Positions 37,919 through 49,064 are shown, counted from the stretch's first letter. The stretch: DNA of 64,000 nt from Actinomycetota bacterium (GCA_025963875.1 JAOPZY010000260.1:583-64582); one strand, 5' to 3'. Numbers and translations are program-made. The notes: generated by a model from the sequence alone, not told the origin.

Positions 37919-38967
37919 GCCGTCACCAAACGGGCAGCCTGTCGCCTGCGACGGCGGAGCAGGATCTGGCCCAGCGCGTTCACCGCCACGCTGATGGCGA
38001 ACAGGTAGACGACGACGGCGATCACGGCGCTGCGCTGCAGCCCGGGGGCCGCCTCCCCGAACGTGTTGATGACGGCGGAGCCGAGGGTGGCGCCGGGCGA
38101 CAGCAGGGTGGTCGACACGCTGTGGGGCAGGGCAAAGCGGTTGCCGATCACCATGGCGACGGCGATGGTCTCGCCCAGCGCACGGCCCATCGCGAGGGTG
38201 ACCGCTGCCTCGATGCCCGAACGGGCGCCGGGGATCACCGCCTTCCTGGTCACCTGCCAGCGGGTTGCCCCGAGCGCGCGGGCCGCCTCCCGTTCGGACA
38301 CGGCCACGCCGGAGAGGGCGGTGCGGGAGAGGGCGACAACGGTCGGCAGGATCATCACCGCCAGCACGACGCTCGCCAGCAGCAGGCTGGAGCCGAGCGG
38401 GGGACCCGCGAAGACCAGGCGTCCCAGCACCGGCAGCCTCGACAGCCAGGGCTCGACGTGATGCTGGAACAGCGGGACGAGGACGAGCAGCCCCCACAGC
38501 CCCACGACGATGCTGGGCACCGCGGCGATGAGGTCGATCAGCACCGACAGCGGCTGTGACAGCCGGCGGGGCGCCATCTCGGAGAGGTAGGCGGCGCTGC
38601 CGACCCCGATGGGGACGGCAAGCAGGAGCGCGAGCAGCGTGGTGACCAGCGTGCCGACGACGAAAATGCCTGCCCCGTAGACCTTCCGGCTGTCGTCCCA
38701 GGTCCCCGACCACAGGAACGTGAGCCCGGAGTGGCGGAACGCCTCGCTCGACCCGGTCACGAGCGTGACCACAAGGCCGAGGAGCACCGAGGCGAACACC
38801 AGCGCCCCCAGCCAGCGCAGGAGGGTGTAGGCACGGCCCCCACCCCGGGCGCGGTGGCGTTGGACCGCTTCCCGTACCCCGGCGACGGGGACCCGGTGCT
38901 CGGGCGGGGACTCCTCCAGCAGCGTCGGGGCGGCCACCGGCTCCCCGCCCCGGTCGAAGACCTTCAC
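37915..38967 (-). CDS. pstC: Phosphate ABC transporter permease PstC
   Basis: Polytopic permease with the EAA loop (SEREAARALGATRWQ). Its GTG start overlaps the pstS stop. Confidence 0.85.
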   Translation of the reverse strand: MKVFDRGGEPVAAPTLLEESPPEHRVPVAGVREAVQRHRARGGGRAYTLLRWLGALVFASVLLGLVVTLVTGSSEAFRHSGLTFLWSGTWDDSRKVYGAGIFVVGTLVTTLLALLLAVPIGVGSAAYLSEMAPRRLSQPLSVLIDLIAAVPSIVVGLWGLLVLVPLFQHHVEPWLSRLPVLGRLVFAGPPLGSSLLLASVVLAVMILPTVVALSRTALSGVAVSEREAARALGATRWQVTRKAVIPGARSGIEAAVTLAMGRALGETIAVAMVIGNRFALPHSVSTTLLSPGATLGSAVINTFGEAAPGLQRSAVIAVVVYLFAISVAVNALGQILLRRRRRQAARLVTA

Positions 38968-40109
38968 GAGAAGAGCGGCTGACCACTCGCGGTCTGGAGG
39001 GTGAGCAGGGTCGTGTGCGCCAGCGTGACGGCGTTGTCGGGCAGCGGGGCGTACCCGAGCGGGGCTGCCTGTTGCTGCCCGGTGGTCGTGACCCAGTCGA
39101 AGAGCTTCCCGAGCACGATCCCCACGTTCGTGGACGCCTGCTTCTGGTAGAGGAGGGCCCAGCTGAAGTTGGCGAGGGGGTAGGTGGCGGCCCCCCCGCC
39201 GTTGACGATGTTGAAGTTCGCCGCGCTCAGGTTCGTCGCCTGGGCGCCGGCGGCTTTGATGGAGTCCAGCGTCGGCGCCACGAATGCGCCGGAGGCGTTC
39301 TTCAGCGCCACGTTGTTGAACTTGCTCTTCTGCGCGAAGGCGTACTCCACGTAGCCGATGGCGCCCTGGGTCTGCTGGATGTAGCTGGCCACGCCGGTGT
39401 TGAGCTGCTGGCCCACTCCGATGCTGGCGATCGGCCAGCGAGTGGCGGCCTTGCTGCCCGCCTTGGACGTCCAGGCGGTGCCGCCCGTGGCGAGGAGGTA
39501 CTGGTCCAGGTCGTAGCCCGGCCCGGACGAGTCGGCCCGGTGCACGGGCACGATGGCGAGGTGCGGAAGCTTCACCCCGGTGTTGAGCCCCGCGATGGCC
39601 GGGTCGTCCCAATTCGTGACGGCGCCGGTGTAGATGCCGGCGAGCGTCGGCCCGTCGAGCTTCAGCCCGGTGTCGAGGCCCGGGATGTTGTAGCTGAGCG
39701 CCACCCCACCGAGGTCCACCGGTACCTGGAGAATGGTCCCGGCTGTGCCGGTGGCCGGGGACGGCATCGGGACCTCGGACTGGCCGAACTGGACGGTGTT
39801 CTGCTGGACGTCGGTGATGCCGACGCTGCTGCCCACCGGCGAGTAGTCGACGGACACGCCCTTGTTGGCCTGGTTGTAGTAGTAGAAGGCGCGCTCGTAG
39901 AAGGGCTGGATGGAGTTGGCTCCGGCACCGGTCAACTTGAGCGTTGGCGTCCTCGTGTCGCAGTCGCCGCCCAGCGTGCCCCCCGGCGCCGGCGAAGAGG
40001 TCGATGACGAGCAGGATCCCGACGAGCCGGCGTTGGTCGACGTCGTGCTGGAGGACGTGCACGCGACCGCCAGGAGACCTGCAGCGCAGGCGATCGCCCC
40101 GAGGCGCAT
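38964..40109 (-). CDS. pstS: Phosphate-binding lipoprotein PstS
   Basis: Lipobox LLAVAC and a PBP-superfamily phosphate-binding fold. The start is set at MRLGAIACAAG. An alternative upstream M is at 40142. Confidence 0.85.
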   Translation of the reverse strand: MRLGAIACAAGLLAVACTSSSTTSTNAGSSGSCSSSTSSPAPGGTLGGDCDTRTPTLKLTGAGANSIQPFYERAFYYYNQANKGVSVDYSPVGSSVGITDVQQNTVQFGQSEVPMPSPATGTAGTILQVPVDLGGVALSYNIPGLDTGLKLDGPTLAGIYTGAVTNWDDPAIAGLNTGVKLPHLAIVPVHRADSSGPGYDLDQYLLATGGTAWTSKAGSKAATRWPIASIGVGQQLNTGVASYIQQTQGAIGYVEYAFAQKSKFNNVALKNASGAFVAPTLDSIKAAGAQATNLSAANFNIVNGGGAATYPLANFSWALLYQKQASTNVGIVLGKLFDWVTTTGQQQAAPLGYAPLPDNAVTLAHTTLLTLQTASGQPLFS

Positions 40110-40253
40110 CCGGTGTCGGAGGTGGTGCGGCGGGCCTTCCATGGTTGCGTGGCTCAACGGCCTGCTCCTCTCGTCGCGCTGGACCGCGGGAGTCGGGGGG
40201 ACGGAAGCGCCCGCCACGACGCGGCGGGACCTTACATCATTAGAGCAGTGGAT

Positions 40254-40282
40254 ATCGTAAAAATACTACAAAGGCCTGTCAA
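40254..40282 (-). promoter_or_regulatory. Candidate sigma-70-type promoter for pstS (-35 TTGACA, 17-nt spacer, -10 TACGAT)
   Basis: Read on the minus strand: TTGACAggcctttgtagtattttTACGAT. It lies 110-140 nt upstream of the pstS start in an AT-rich patch. Confidence 0.4.
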
Positions 40283-40337
40283 CCGCCCCGCCGGGTGGGC
40301 TATTCCCCCAACTTGCCAGGGATCTGGCTCTGGAGTA

Positions 40338-40362
40338 CCCTATTTTCAACGTTGTTATAGGG
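40338..40362. promoter_or_regulatory. Nested palindrome CCCTATtttCAACGTTGttATAGGG about 14 nt upstream of the SBP56 gene start; candidate operator
   Basis: Outer 6-bp arms are perfect (CCCTAT/ATAGGG). The inner 8-bp palindrome CAACGTTG is perfect. The GGGAAAGGAG RBS follows. Confidence 0.35.
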
Positions 40363-40375
40363 GAAAGGAGTCAAA

Positions 40376-41785
40376 GTGGCGGATCCCACGTTCTACCGTT
40401 CGGCGAAGACGGCAGCCGCCGCACCGCCCGAACGCCTCGCCTACGTCGCTACGCTCAACACGCCGGGACAGGATGGGGAGGCCCGCCCTGACGCCATCGT
40501 GGTACTCGACACTGACCCCCAATCGCCGTCCTACGGCAAGATCGTGGGGCGCGTCGACATGACCCATACCGGCGACGAGCTCCACCACTTCGGCTGGAAC
40601 GCCTGCAGCGCTTGCCTCTGCCACATCGGGTCCAACGGCCACGCCGGGCACGACCATCACCACGACGCCGAACGGCGCTACCTCGTCGTCCCCGGCCTGC
40701 GCTCGTCGCGCATCTACATCATCGACACCAAGCCGGACCCGACCAAGCCCACCATCGTCAAGACCATCGAGGCCGACGAACTGGCGGCCAAGACCGGCTA
40801 CAGCCGGCCCCACACCTCGCACTGCGGCCCGGATGGCATCTATATGAGCGCTCTCGGTGCCGCCGACGGCAACGCGCCCGGCGGGATCTTCGTCCTCGAC
40901 CCCGACACCTTCGAGATCCGGGGCGCCTGGGAGCAGGAGCGGGGGCCGCAGACCCTCGCCTACGACTTCTGGTGGCACCTCAACCACGACATATTGATCA
41001 GCAGCGAGTGGGGCACGCCGAACATGGTCGAGGGCGGCCTCGATCCCTCGCTCATCGGGCAGTTCGGCCACCAGCTCCACGTCTGGGACCTGCCCAACGC
41101 CAAGCACCTCCAGACCATCGACCTCGGCCCCGAACAGCAGATGGTCCTCGAGCTGCGCCCCTCGCACGACCCGGACAAGACGTACGGCTTCGTGGGCGTC
41201 GTCGTCTCCACCGCCGACCTGTCCGCATCGGTGTGGACCTGGTACCGCGGCGACGACGGCGAGTGGAAGGCCGTGAAGACCATCGAGATCCCTGCCGAGC
41301 CGGCCCCCGCGGAGCAGCTTCCCCCCGCCCTGCAGCCCTTCGGGGCCGTGCCGCCGCTCATCACCGACATCGATCTGTCCGTCGACGACAAGTTCCTCTA
41401 CGTCTCCTGTTGGGGCACCGGCGAGTTCCGCCAGTACGACGTGTCGGACCCGTTCAACCCCAAGCTCACCGGCTCCGTCCACCTCGGTGGCATCGTGCAC
41501 AAGGGCGCCCACCCGACGGCCGGTCCGCTCAACGGCGGCCCGCAGATGGTGGAGATCAGCCGGGACGGCAGGCGCGTCTACGTGACGAACTCGCTGTACG
41601 CCTCCTGGGACGCGCAGTTCTACCCGGAGGGCATCAAGGGCTGGATCGTGAAGCTCGACGCCGACCCCAACGGCGGCATCGCCGCCGACCCGGACTTCTT
41701 CGTACCGTTCGAGGGCGAGCGCCCGCACCAGGTCCGCCTCGAGGGTGGCGACGCCTCGTCCGACTCATATTGTTATTCGTCGTAG
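40376..41785 (+). CDS. Selenium-binding protein (SBP56) family protein / putative methanethiol oxidase homolog
   Basis: 469 aa with full-length similarity to the SBP56 family (beta-propeller, conserved His/Cys cluster CSACLCHIGSNGHAGHDHHHD). Confidence 0.8.
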   Translation: MADPTFYRSAKTAAAAPPERLAYVATLNTPGQDGEARPDAIVVLDTDPQSPSYGKIVGRVDMTHTGDELHHFGWNACSACLCHIGSNGHAGHDHHHDAERRYLVVPGLRSSRIYIIDTKPDPTKPTIVKTIEADELAAKTGYSRPHTSHCGPDGIYMSALGAADGNAPGGIFVLDPDTFEIRGAWEQERGPQTLAYDFWWHLNHDILISSEWGTPNMVEGGLDPSLIGQFGHQLHVWDLPNAKHLQTIDLGPEQQMVLELRPSHDPDKTYGFVGVVVSTADLSASVWTWYRGDDGEWKAVKTIEIPAEPAPAEQLPPALQPFGAVPPLITDIDLSVDDKFLYVSCWGTGEFRQYDVSDPFNPKLTGSVHLGGIVHKGAHPTAGPLNGGPQMVEISRDGRRVYVTNSLYASWDAQFYPEGIKGWIVKLDADPNGGIAADPDFFVPFEGERPHQVRLEGGDASSDSYCYSS

Positions 41786-41833
41786 CCGGGTACCGGCGCA
41801 ACCGAACAGGAAGGTCAGGAGTACGATACGCCC

Positions 41834-43063
41834 ATGGATGCACGAGAGGTTCGCAAGGACTTTCCGATTCTGGACCAGGAGGTAAACGGCAAGCCCCTGT
41901 CCTACCTGGACAACGCCGCCACCTCGCAGAAGCCCCGCCAGGTCATCGATGAACTGAAGCGGTTCTTCGAGGAGGACAACGCCAATGTGCACCGCTCGGT
42001 GCACACCCTGGGGGAGCGCGCCACCGTGCTCTACGAGGGCGCCCGGGCCAAGGTCGCCGAGTTCATCGGGGCCCCCAGCCCTCGGGGCATCATCTTCACC
42101 AAGTCCGCCACCGAGGGCCTGAACCTGCTCGCCTACGCCTGGGCGAGGCACCGCCTGTCCGAGGGCGACGAGATCATCACCACCGAGATGGAGCACCACT
42201 CGAACATCGTGTCCTGGCAGCTCGCGTGCCGGGACACCGGCGCGACGCTCAGGGCGATCCCGGTCCGGGACGGGGCGACGCTCGACCTCGACGCCTACGA
42301 AAGGATGCTCTCCAACCGGACCCGCATCGTGACGGTGGGCCACGTGTCGAACGTCCTCGGCACGATCAACCCCATCGCCGACATCGCCGAGAAGGCCCAC
42401 GACGCCGGGGCGATCGTCGTCTGCGACGGAGCACAGGCGGCGCCGCACCTCCCCGTGGACGTGGGTGCCCTCGGCTGCGACTTCTACGTGGGCACCGGCC
42501 ACAAGATGTGCGCCCCGACCGGCATCGGCTTCCTCTGGGGCCGGGAGGCGCTCCTCGAGGACATGGAGCCCTTCCATGGCGGCGGCGACATGATCAGCGA
42601 CGTCTGGATCGACCACTCGACGTGGAACGAGATCCCGTACAAGTTCGAAGCGGGCACGCCACCGGTCGCCGATGCCATCGCGCTGGGGACTGCCATCGAC
42701 TACCTCAACGCCATCGGCATGAAGGCCATCCGGGAACACGAGATCGAGCTCACGCGGTACGCCCTGGAGCGTCTCCGGGAGGTGCCGGAGATCCAGATCT
42801 ACGGCCCCACCGACCCGGAGCTCAAGGGTGGCGTGGTGTCCTTCAATCTCGGTGACATCCATGCGCACGACGTGGGCACGATCGTCGACAGCTGGGGGGT
42901 CGCCATCCGGGCGGGCCACCATTGCTCGAAGCCGCTGATGCGTAAGCTTGGGATAGCGGCCTCGGCCAGAGCGTCGTTCTATCTGTACAACGTCGAAGAG
43001 GAGGTAGATCGGTTGGTTGAGGCACTGGGTGACGTGACGCGGCTGATGGGGGGTAGGTCATGA
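41834..43063 (+). CDS. sufS: Cysteine desulfurase SufS
   Basis: Class V aminotransferase with PLP-Lys context (TGHKMCAP) and the catalytic Cys loop (RAGHHCSKP). Confidence 0.9.
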   Translation: MDAREVRKDFPILDQEVNGKPLSYLDNAATSQKPRQVIDELKRFFEEDNANVHRSVHTLGERATVLYEGARAKVAEFIGAPSPRGIIFTKSATEGLNLLAYAWARHRLSEGDEIITTEMEHHSNIVSWQLACRDTGATLRAIPVRDGATLDLDAYERMLSNRTRIVTVGHVSNVLGTINPIADIAEKAHDAGAIVVCDGAQAAPHLPVDVGALGCDFYVGTGHKMCAPTGIGFLWGREALLEDMEPFHGGGDMISDVWIDHSTWNEIPYKFEAGTPPVADAIALGTAIDYLNAIGMKAIREHEIELTRYALERLREVPEIQIYGPTDPELKGGVVSFNLGDIHAHDVGTIVDSWGVAIRAGHHCSKPLMRKLGIAASARASFYLYNVEEEVDRLVEALGDVTRLMGGRS

Positions 43064-43503
43064 GCGGCCTCGACGAACTCTACAAGGAAGTGATCCTCGA
43101 CCACTACCGGTCGCCTCGCAACCGCGGAAAGCTGGAGCCTTCGGACTTCGACCTGCACCGGGACAACCCCCTGTGCGGCGACGAGGTCCACCTCTACGGC
43201 CACATCGAGGACGGCAAGCTGGTCGGCGTCGCCTTCGAGGGCAAGGGCTGCTCGATCTCCCAGGCCTCGACCTCGATGATGACCGAGCGGGTCAAGGGCG
43301 TGAACCTGGACAACGCCGAGGAGCTGGCGCACCTGTTCAAGCGCCTGATGCAGGGGGAGTCACTGGCCGACGACGAGCGCCTGGGCGACCTTGCGGCGTT
43401 GCAGGGCGTCCAGAAGTACCCCGTACGGATCAAGTGCGCCCTCCTGGGCTGGAACACCCTCCTGGAGGGCCTGAAGGCGTACAAAGAAAAGCATGAAGGA
43501 TAA
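43060..43503 (+). CDS. sufU: Fe-S cluster assembly sulfur-transfer/scaffold protein SufU
   Basis: NifU-like N-terminal domain with Cys ligands (NPLCGDEV, GKGCSIS, IKCALLGWN). Overlaps the sufS stop. Confidence 0.9.
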   Translation: MSGLDELYKEVILDHYRSPRNRGKLEPSDFDLHRDNPLCGDEVHLYGHIEDGKLVGVAFEGKGCSISQASTSMMTERVKGVNLDNAEELAHLFKRLMQGESLADDERLGDLAALQGVQKYPVRIKCALLGWNTLLEGLKAYKEKHEG

Positions 43504-43596
43504 GGGCGGCTGCCGAGGTTAGTGTCTCGGCGCGCATCGGCGCGCGGTGGCGGACTAACTTAGGGCACGCCCCCAGATTTGACTCATAAGCAAAGG

Positions 43597-43635
43597 GAAA
43601 AGCAGGGGGCCTGAGCCCCCTGCTTTGTGGCTTTG
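43597..43635. terminator. Rho-independent terminator downstream of sufU (GCAGGGGGC-ctga-GCCCCCTGC-TTTGTGGCTTTG)
   Basis: Perfect 9-bp GC stem with AAAAG upstream and a T-rich tail. Confidence 0.65.
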
Positions 43636-43666
43636 TCGGGCCTCCGGGTCGGAATCGGACACCAAC

Positions 43667-43707
43667 TTTGCTCCAAAAGTGCCCATTTACGGACGTTTTG
43701 GAGCAAA
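43667..43707 (-). terminator. 12-bp perfect inverted repeat (TTTGCTCCAAAA / TTTTGGAGCAAA, 17-nt loop) just downstream of aceA
   Basis: Seen directly. It is positioned 14 nt after the aceA stop on the minus strand. Confidence 0.45.
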
Positions 43708-43720
43708 GTCCATCGGCGTC

Positions 43721-45034
43721 CTACCCTGCGGCTGCCTGACGGCCCTCGAACTGCTCCTCCTCGGTCGACCCGAGCAGGGCCAGCGTCGAGGCCGCCCCGC
43801 CGGAGACGACCTTGGCGATCTCGTCGAAGTAGCCCGCGCCCACCTCACGCTGGTGGCGGGTCGCGGTGTAGCCCTCAGACTCGAGGGCGAACTCACGGTC
43901 CTGGACGCCGAGGTAGGCGGTCATGTCGTCGGCGGCGTAGCCCCGGGCCAGCTCGAACATCGACACGTTGAGGGCGTGGAAGCCCGCCAGGGTGATGAAC
44001 TGGAACCGGTAGCCCATGGCCCCCAGCTCCTTCTGGAACCGGGCGATGGTGGCCTCGTCGAGGTGCCGGCGCCAGTTGAACGACGGGGAGCAGTTGTAGG
44101 CGAGGAGCTTGCCGGGGTGAGCGTCGTGCACGGCCTCTGCGAAGCGCCGGGCCTCCTCGAGGTCGGGGGTCGACGTCTCGCACCACAGCACGTCGGCGTA
44201 CGGGGCGTAGGCGATGGCCCGGGCGATCGGGGCCTCGATCCCGGCACGGACGCTGAAGAAGCCCTCCGCGGTGCGCTCCCCGGTGAGGAACGCACGGTCG
44301 GCCGGGTCGATGTCGCTGGTGAGCAGGGTGGCCCCGAGGGCGTCGGTGCGGGCGACGACGAGCGTCGGCACGCCGGCGACGTCGGCCGCCAGGCGGGCTG
44401 CCTTCAGGGTGCGGATGTGCTGCGCGGTGGGGACGAGCACCTTGCCGCCCATGTGCCCGCACTTCTTCTCGGAGGAGAGCTGGTCCTCGAAGTGCACTGC
44501 GGCGGCGCCTGCCTCGATCATCGCTTTCATGAGCTCATAGGCGTTGAGCGGCCCACCGAAGCCGGCCTCGGCGTCGGCGACGATGGGCACCATCCACTCG
44601 TGCGACGTGGTCGACTCCGCCCACTCGATCTGGTCCGCTCGCAGGAGGGCGTTGTTGATGCGCCGCACCAGCGAGGGGACGCTGCTGACCGGGTACAGGC
44701 TCTGGTCGGGGTAGACGTTCTCCGACAGGTTGGCGTCGGCGGCGACCTGCCATCCGCTGACGTAGATCGCCTGCAGCCCCGCCCGCACCATCTGCACCGC
44801 CTGGCCGCCGGTCATGGCGCCGAGCGCGTGGACGTAGTCCTCGGTCTGGAGCAGTTCCCACAGGCGGGCCGCGCCCGCCGTTGCGAGGGTGTGGTCGATA
44901 GCCATCGACCCCCGCAGACGGATGACGTCGGCCGCCGAGTAGTCACGGCGGACGCCCGTCCAACGATCCTGCTCCGACCAGGCTGCCTCCAACTCGGCGA
45001 TCGCTCGCTGGCGCTGCTCAAAGATGCTGACCAC
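43721..45034 (-). CDS. aceA: Isocitrate lyase
   Basis: ICL signature KKCGHMGGK, about 436 aa. A GTG start is inferred ([11 protein letters not shown]). The upstream part of the track ORF is noise. Confidence 0.9.
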   Translation of the reverse strand: MVSIFEQRQRAIAELEAAWSEQDRWTGVRRDYSAADVIRLRGSMAIDHTLATAGAARLWELLQTEDYVHALGAMTGGQAVQMVRAGLQAIYVSGWQVAADANLSENVYPDQSLYPVSSVPSLVRRINNALLRADQIEWAESTTSHEWMVPIVADAEAGFGGPLNAYELMKAMIEAGAAAVHFEDQLSSEKKCGHMGGKVLVPTAQHIRTLKAARLAADVAGVPTLVVARTDALGATLLTSDIDPADRAFLTGERTAEGFFSVRAGIEAPIARAIAYAPYADVLWCETSTPDLEEARRFAEAVHDAHPGKLLAYNCSPSFNWRRHLDEATIARFQKELGAMGYRFQFITLAGFHALNVSMFELARGYAADDMTAYLGVQDREFALESEGYTATRHQREVGAGYFDEIAKVVSGGAASTLALLGSTEEEQFEGRQAAAG

Positions 45035-45099
45035 AGTGGATCTCCCTTCTAGGTGTGCGGGAGTTCCGGCTCCCGGCGCTTGCAACAAAGGACGAACCC

Positions 45100-46701
<1,602 letters not shown>

Positions 46702-46829
46702 GGTCCGCCTCCTACCTAGGTTTCTGCTGGAAAGTTACTGAAAGTATTGTTATCGGCAGATTATGAGGATCTTTCACATGTTAAGATTGCTCAAAGATTT
46801 CGATACAGTGAATTTTTAGGAAAGTTGTC

Positions 46830-48269
46830 ATGCAAAACGGCAGTGTTGACTCCCTTGTCTTCGGCCAACGGCTCCGCCACCTGCGGCGTTCGAAGGACCT
46901 CACGCTCGATCAGCTCGGCGAGCTGGTGGGCAAGCAGGCGTCGTTCCTCTCGCTGATCGAGAACGGCAAACGTGAGGCCAGGCTGTCGCTCATCGAGGAC
47001 CTCGCCCGTGGACTCGGGGTGAGCTCCGCCGAGCTGCTCGCCACCGAGCCGCCCACCCGCCGGGCCCGCCTCGAGGTGGAGCTGCAGCGGGCGCAGGAAG
47101 ACCCGCTCTACAAAGAGCTCAACCTCCCGCTGCTGCGGCCCTCCCGGCAGGTTCCCCACGAGTTTCTCGAACATGTCGTGGGATTGTTCGAGGCGCTGAA
47201 GGCCCGGTCACAGGACCTGGGGGGGACGCCCGAAGGCGCCCGGGCGGCCAACGCTCGCCTGCGGGCCGAGATGCGGGCGCGCGACAACTACTTCCCGGAG
47301 ATCGAGCTGGTCGCCACCCAGGCGCTGCGCTCAGCGGGCTACGAGGGCGGTGCGGTGGCGGAGAGCACGCTGACGTCGCTCGTCGCCCATTACGGCTTCA
47401 CGCTGCACCGTGTGCAGGATCTGCCGGTATCGGTCGATTCGGTCGCGGACCTCGAGCACCGTCGCATCTACGTCCACCAGCGCAACACCATGCCGACGAG
47501 GGCCGCCCGGTCGGTGGTCCTGCAGACCCTCGGGCATTTCGCCCTGGGCCACGGCGACCCCAAGGACTTCGGCGAGTTCCTCCGCCAGCGGGTGGAGGCC
47601 AACTACTTCTCGGGGGCGGTGCTGGCCCCGCAGCGGCCCGCGGTCGAGCTCCTCACGGCCGCCCGGCGCAAGGGCGACATCTCGGCGGAGGACCTGAAAG
47701 AGGTCTTCTACATCTCCTACCAGATGGCGGCCCACCGCCTCACGAACCTCGCAACCCACCACCTCGGGCTGGCGGTGCACTTCCTCCGGACCGACGACGA
47801 GGGCGTGATCTGGAAGGCCTACGAGAACGACGGGGCACCCTTCCCGACCGACAGCGCCGGGATCATCGAAGGCCAGCGGGTCTGCCGGAAATGGGGGACG
47901 CGCCAGGCGTTCGGCTCGTACGACAAGTTTGCGGAGTACGCCCAGTACACGTCGACGCCGGCGGGGGAGTTCTGGTGCACCACCTATCTCGAGGCGGACA
48001 TGGCGACACCCGAGGCCGTCACCATCGGGTCGAGAGCCGAGGACGCCCGCTACTTCCGTGGGCACGAGACCACCAACCGGAAGGTCTCCCGTTGCCCCGA
48101 CGGGGAGTGCTGCCGGCGCCCGCCGTCGGACGCCGCCGCGAGGTGGCAGGGCCGGGTGTGGCCGGCCGCCCGGGTGCACAGCTACGTGCTGGCGACCCTC
48201 CCGGCTGGCGCCTACGCCGGCGCGGACCTGAGCGAGGTCTACGACTTCCTGGATCGCCAGCTGCCGTAG
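46830..48269 (+). CDS. ramB: RamB/ScfR-like transcriptional regulator (XRE HTH plus DUF955 ImmA/IrrE-like domain), divergent from aceB
   Basis: N-terminal XRE HTH (LRHLRRSKDLTLDQLGELVGKQASFLSLIENGKR), about 479 aa. Its position divergent from glyoxylate-shunt genes is the same arrangement seen in corynebacteria and mycobacteria. Confidence 0.7.
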   Translation: MQNGSVDSLVFGQRLRHLRRSKDLTLDQLGELVGKQASFLSLIENGKREARLSLIEDLARGLGVSSAELLATEPPTRRARLEVELQRAQEDPLYKELNLPLLRPSRQVPHEFLEHVVGLFEALKARSQDLGGTPEGARAANARLRAEMRARDNYFPEIELVATQALRSAGYEGGAVAESTLTSLVAHYGFTLHRVQDLPVSVDSVADLEHRRIYVHQRNTMPTRAARSVVLQTLGHFALGHGDPKDFGEFLRQRVEANYFSGAVLAPQRPAVELLTAARRKGDISAEDLKEVFYISYQMAAHRLTNLATHHLGLAVHFLRTDDEGVIWKAYENDGAPFPTDSAGIIEGQRVCRKWGTRQAFGSYDKFAEYAQYTSTPAGEFWCTTYLEADMATPEAVTIGSRAEDARYFRGHETTNRKVSRCPDGECCRRPPSDAAARWQGRVWPAARVHSYVLATLPAGAYAGADLSEVYDFLDRQLP

Positions 48270-48337
48270 AGCCGCCTGGGGTGGCAGCAAAAGACCACAC
48301 CATGGGTGGAAAATCCCAGCCACCCCGAGGCGAATCC

Positions 48338-48703
48338 CTAGGCCGCGCCCCCCACGAAGCCCCGGTAGACGGCGAGGAGGGCTTCCTTCTGGCTCTCGGT
48401 CAGGGCCGGATCGAGGCGGATCGCCGCCTCGGTGGTCGTGGCCTCCCGTTCTGCCCCCTCCCCGACGTCGTCGACGGAGGGCGGTCCCGAGCCGTCGAGC
48501 AGGCCCGCCTGGGCGAGCAGGGTGTCGGCCGAGATGTTGAGGGCGGACGCGATCGAGCGCAGCACGCGAACCGAAGGTTCGTGGAGGCCACGCTCGATCT
48601 GGCTGAGGTAAGGGTTGGACACCTTCGCAAGCTCGGCCATCTCCCTCAGTGTGAGATTGGCGAGCCGCCGCTGGGAGCGGATGAAGCTACCGAGTGTGTC
48701 CAT
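48338..48703 (-). CDS. XRE-family helix-turn-helix transcriptional regulator
   Basis: HTH_3 (LREMAELAKVSNPYLSQIERGLHEPS). Small regulator adjacent to the PHA genes. Confidence 0.7.
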   Translation of the reverse strand: MDTLGSFIRSQRRLANLTLREMAELAKVSNPYLSQIERGLHEPSVRVLRSIASALNISADTLLAQAGLLDGSGPPSVDDVGEGAEREATTTEAAIRLDPALTESQKEALLAVYRGFVGGAA

Positions 48704-48751
48704 GTGCGGCCATGATCATGCCCGATCTGCCCGCTCAACGTGGTGCAGGTG

Positions 48752-49036
48752 TTACTTGGCTGCGGCTGCGGCGGTCTTCTTCGCGGCGTCCGGAACCTTC
48801 TTGCCGGCTTCCGTGGCGACCTCGAGCAGCTTGACGAAGAAGTCCTTCTCCGTCGCCCACAGCTTCTCGGCGAACCCGTAGAACGTGTCCATCTTCGGCA
48901 TCGGGTAGACCTCGGACAGCGACGGGGCCGACGACAGGGTGTCGGTCCAGCCCTTGAGCACCTTCAGCGTTGCGTCCTGCGCGGTGGTGATCGTGTCGAG
49001 CACCTGATCCTGCACTGCGGTGGCTGCGTCAACCAT
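48752..49036 (-). CDS. Putative phasin-like / granule-associated small helical protein
   Basis: 94-aa helical protein with an Ala/Lys-rich C-terminus, adjacent and divergent to phaJ-phaC. The assignment rests on context and composition only. Confidence 0.35.
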   Translation of the reverse strand: MVDAATAVQDQVLDTITTAQDATLKVLKGWTDTLSSAPSLSEVYPMPKMDTFYGFAEKLWATEKDFFVKLLEVATEAGKKVPDAAKKTAAAAAK

Positions 49037-49064
49037 GCTCTTCTCCTTTCGGGGCGATTCCTCT

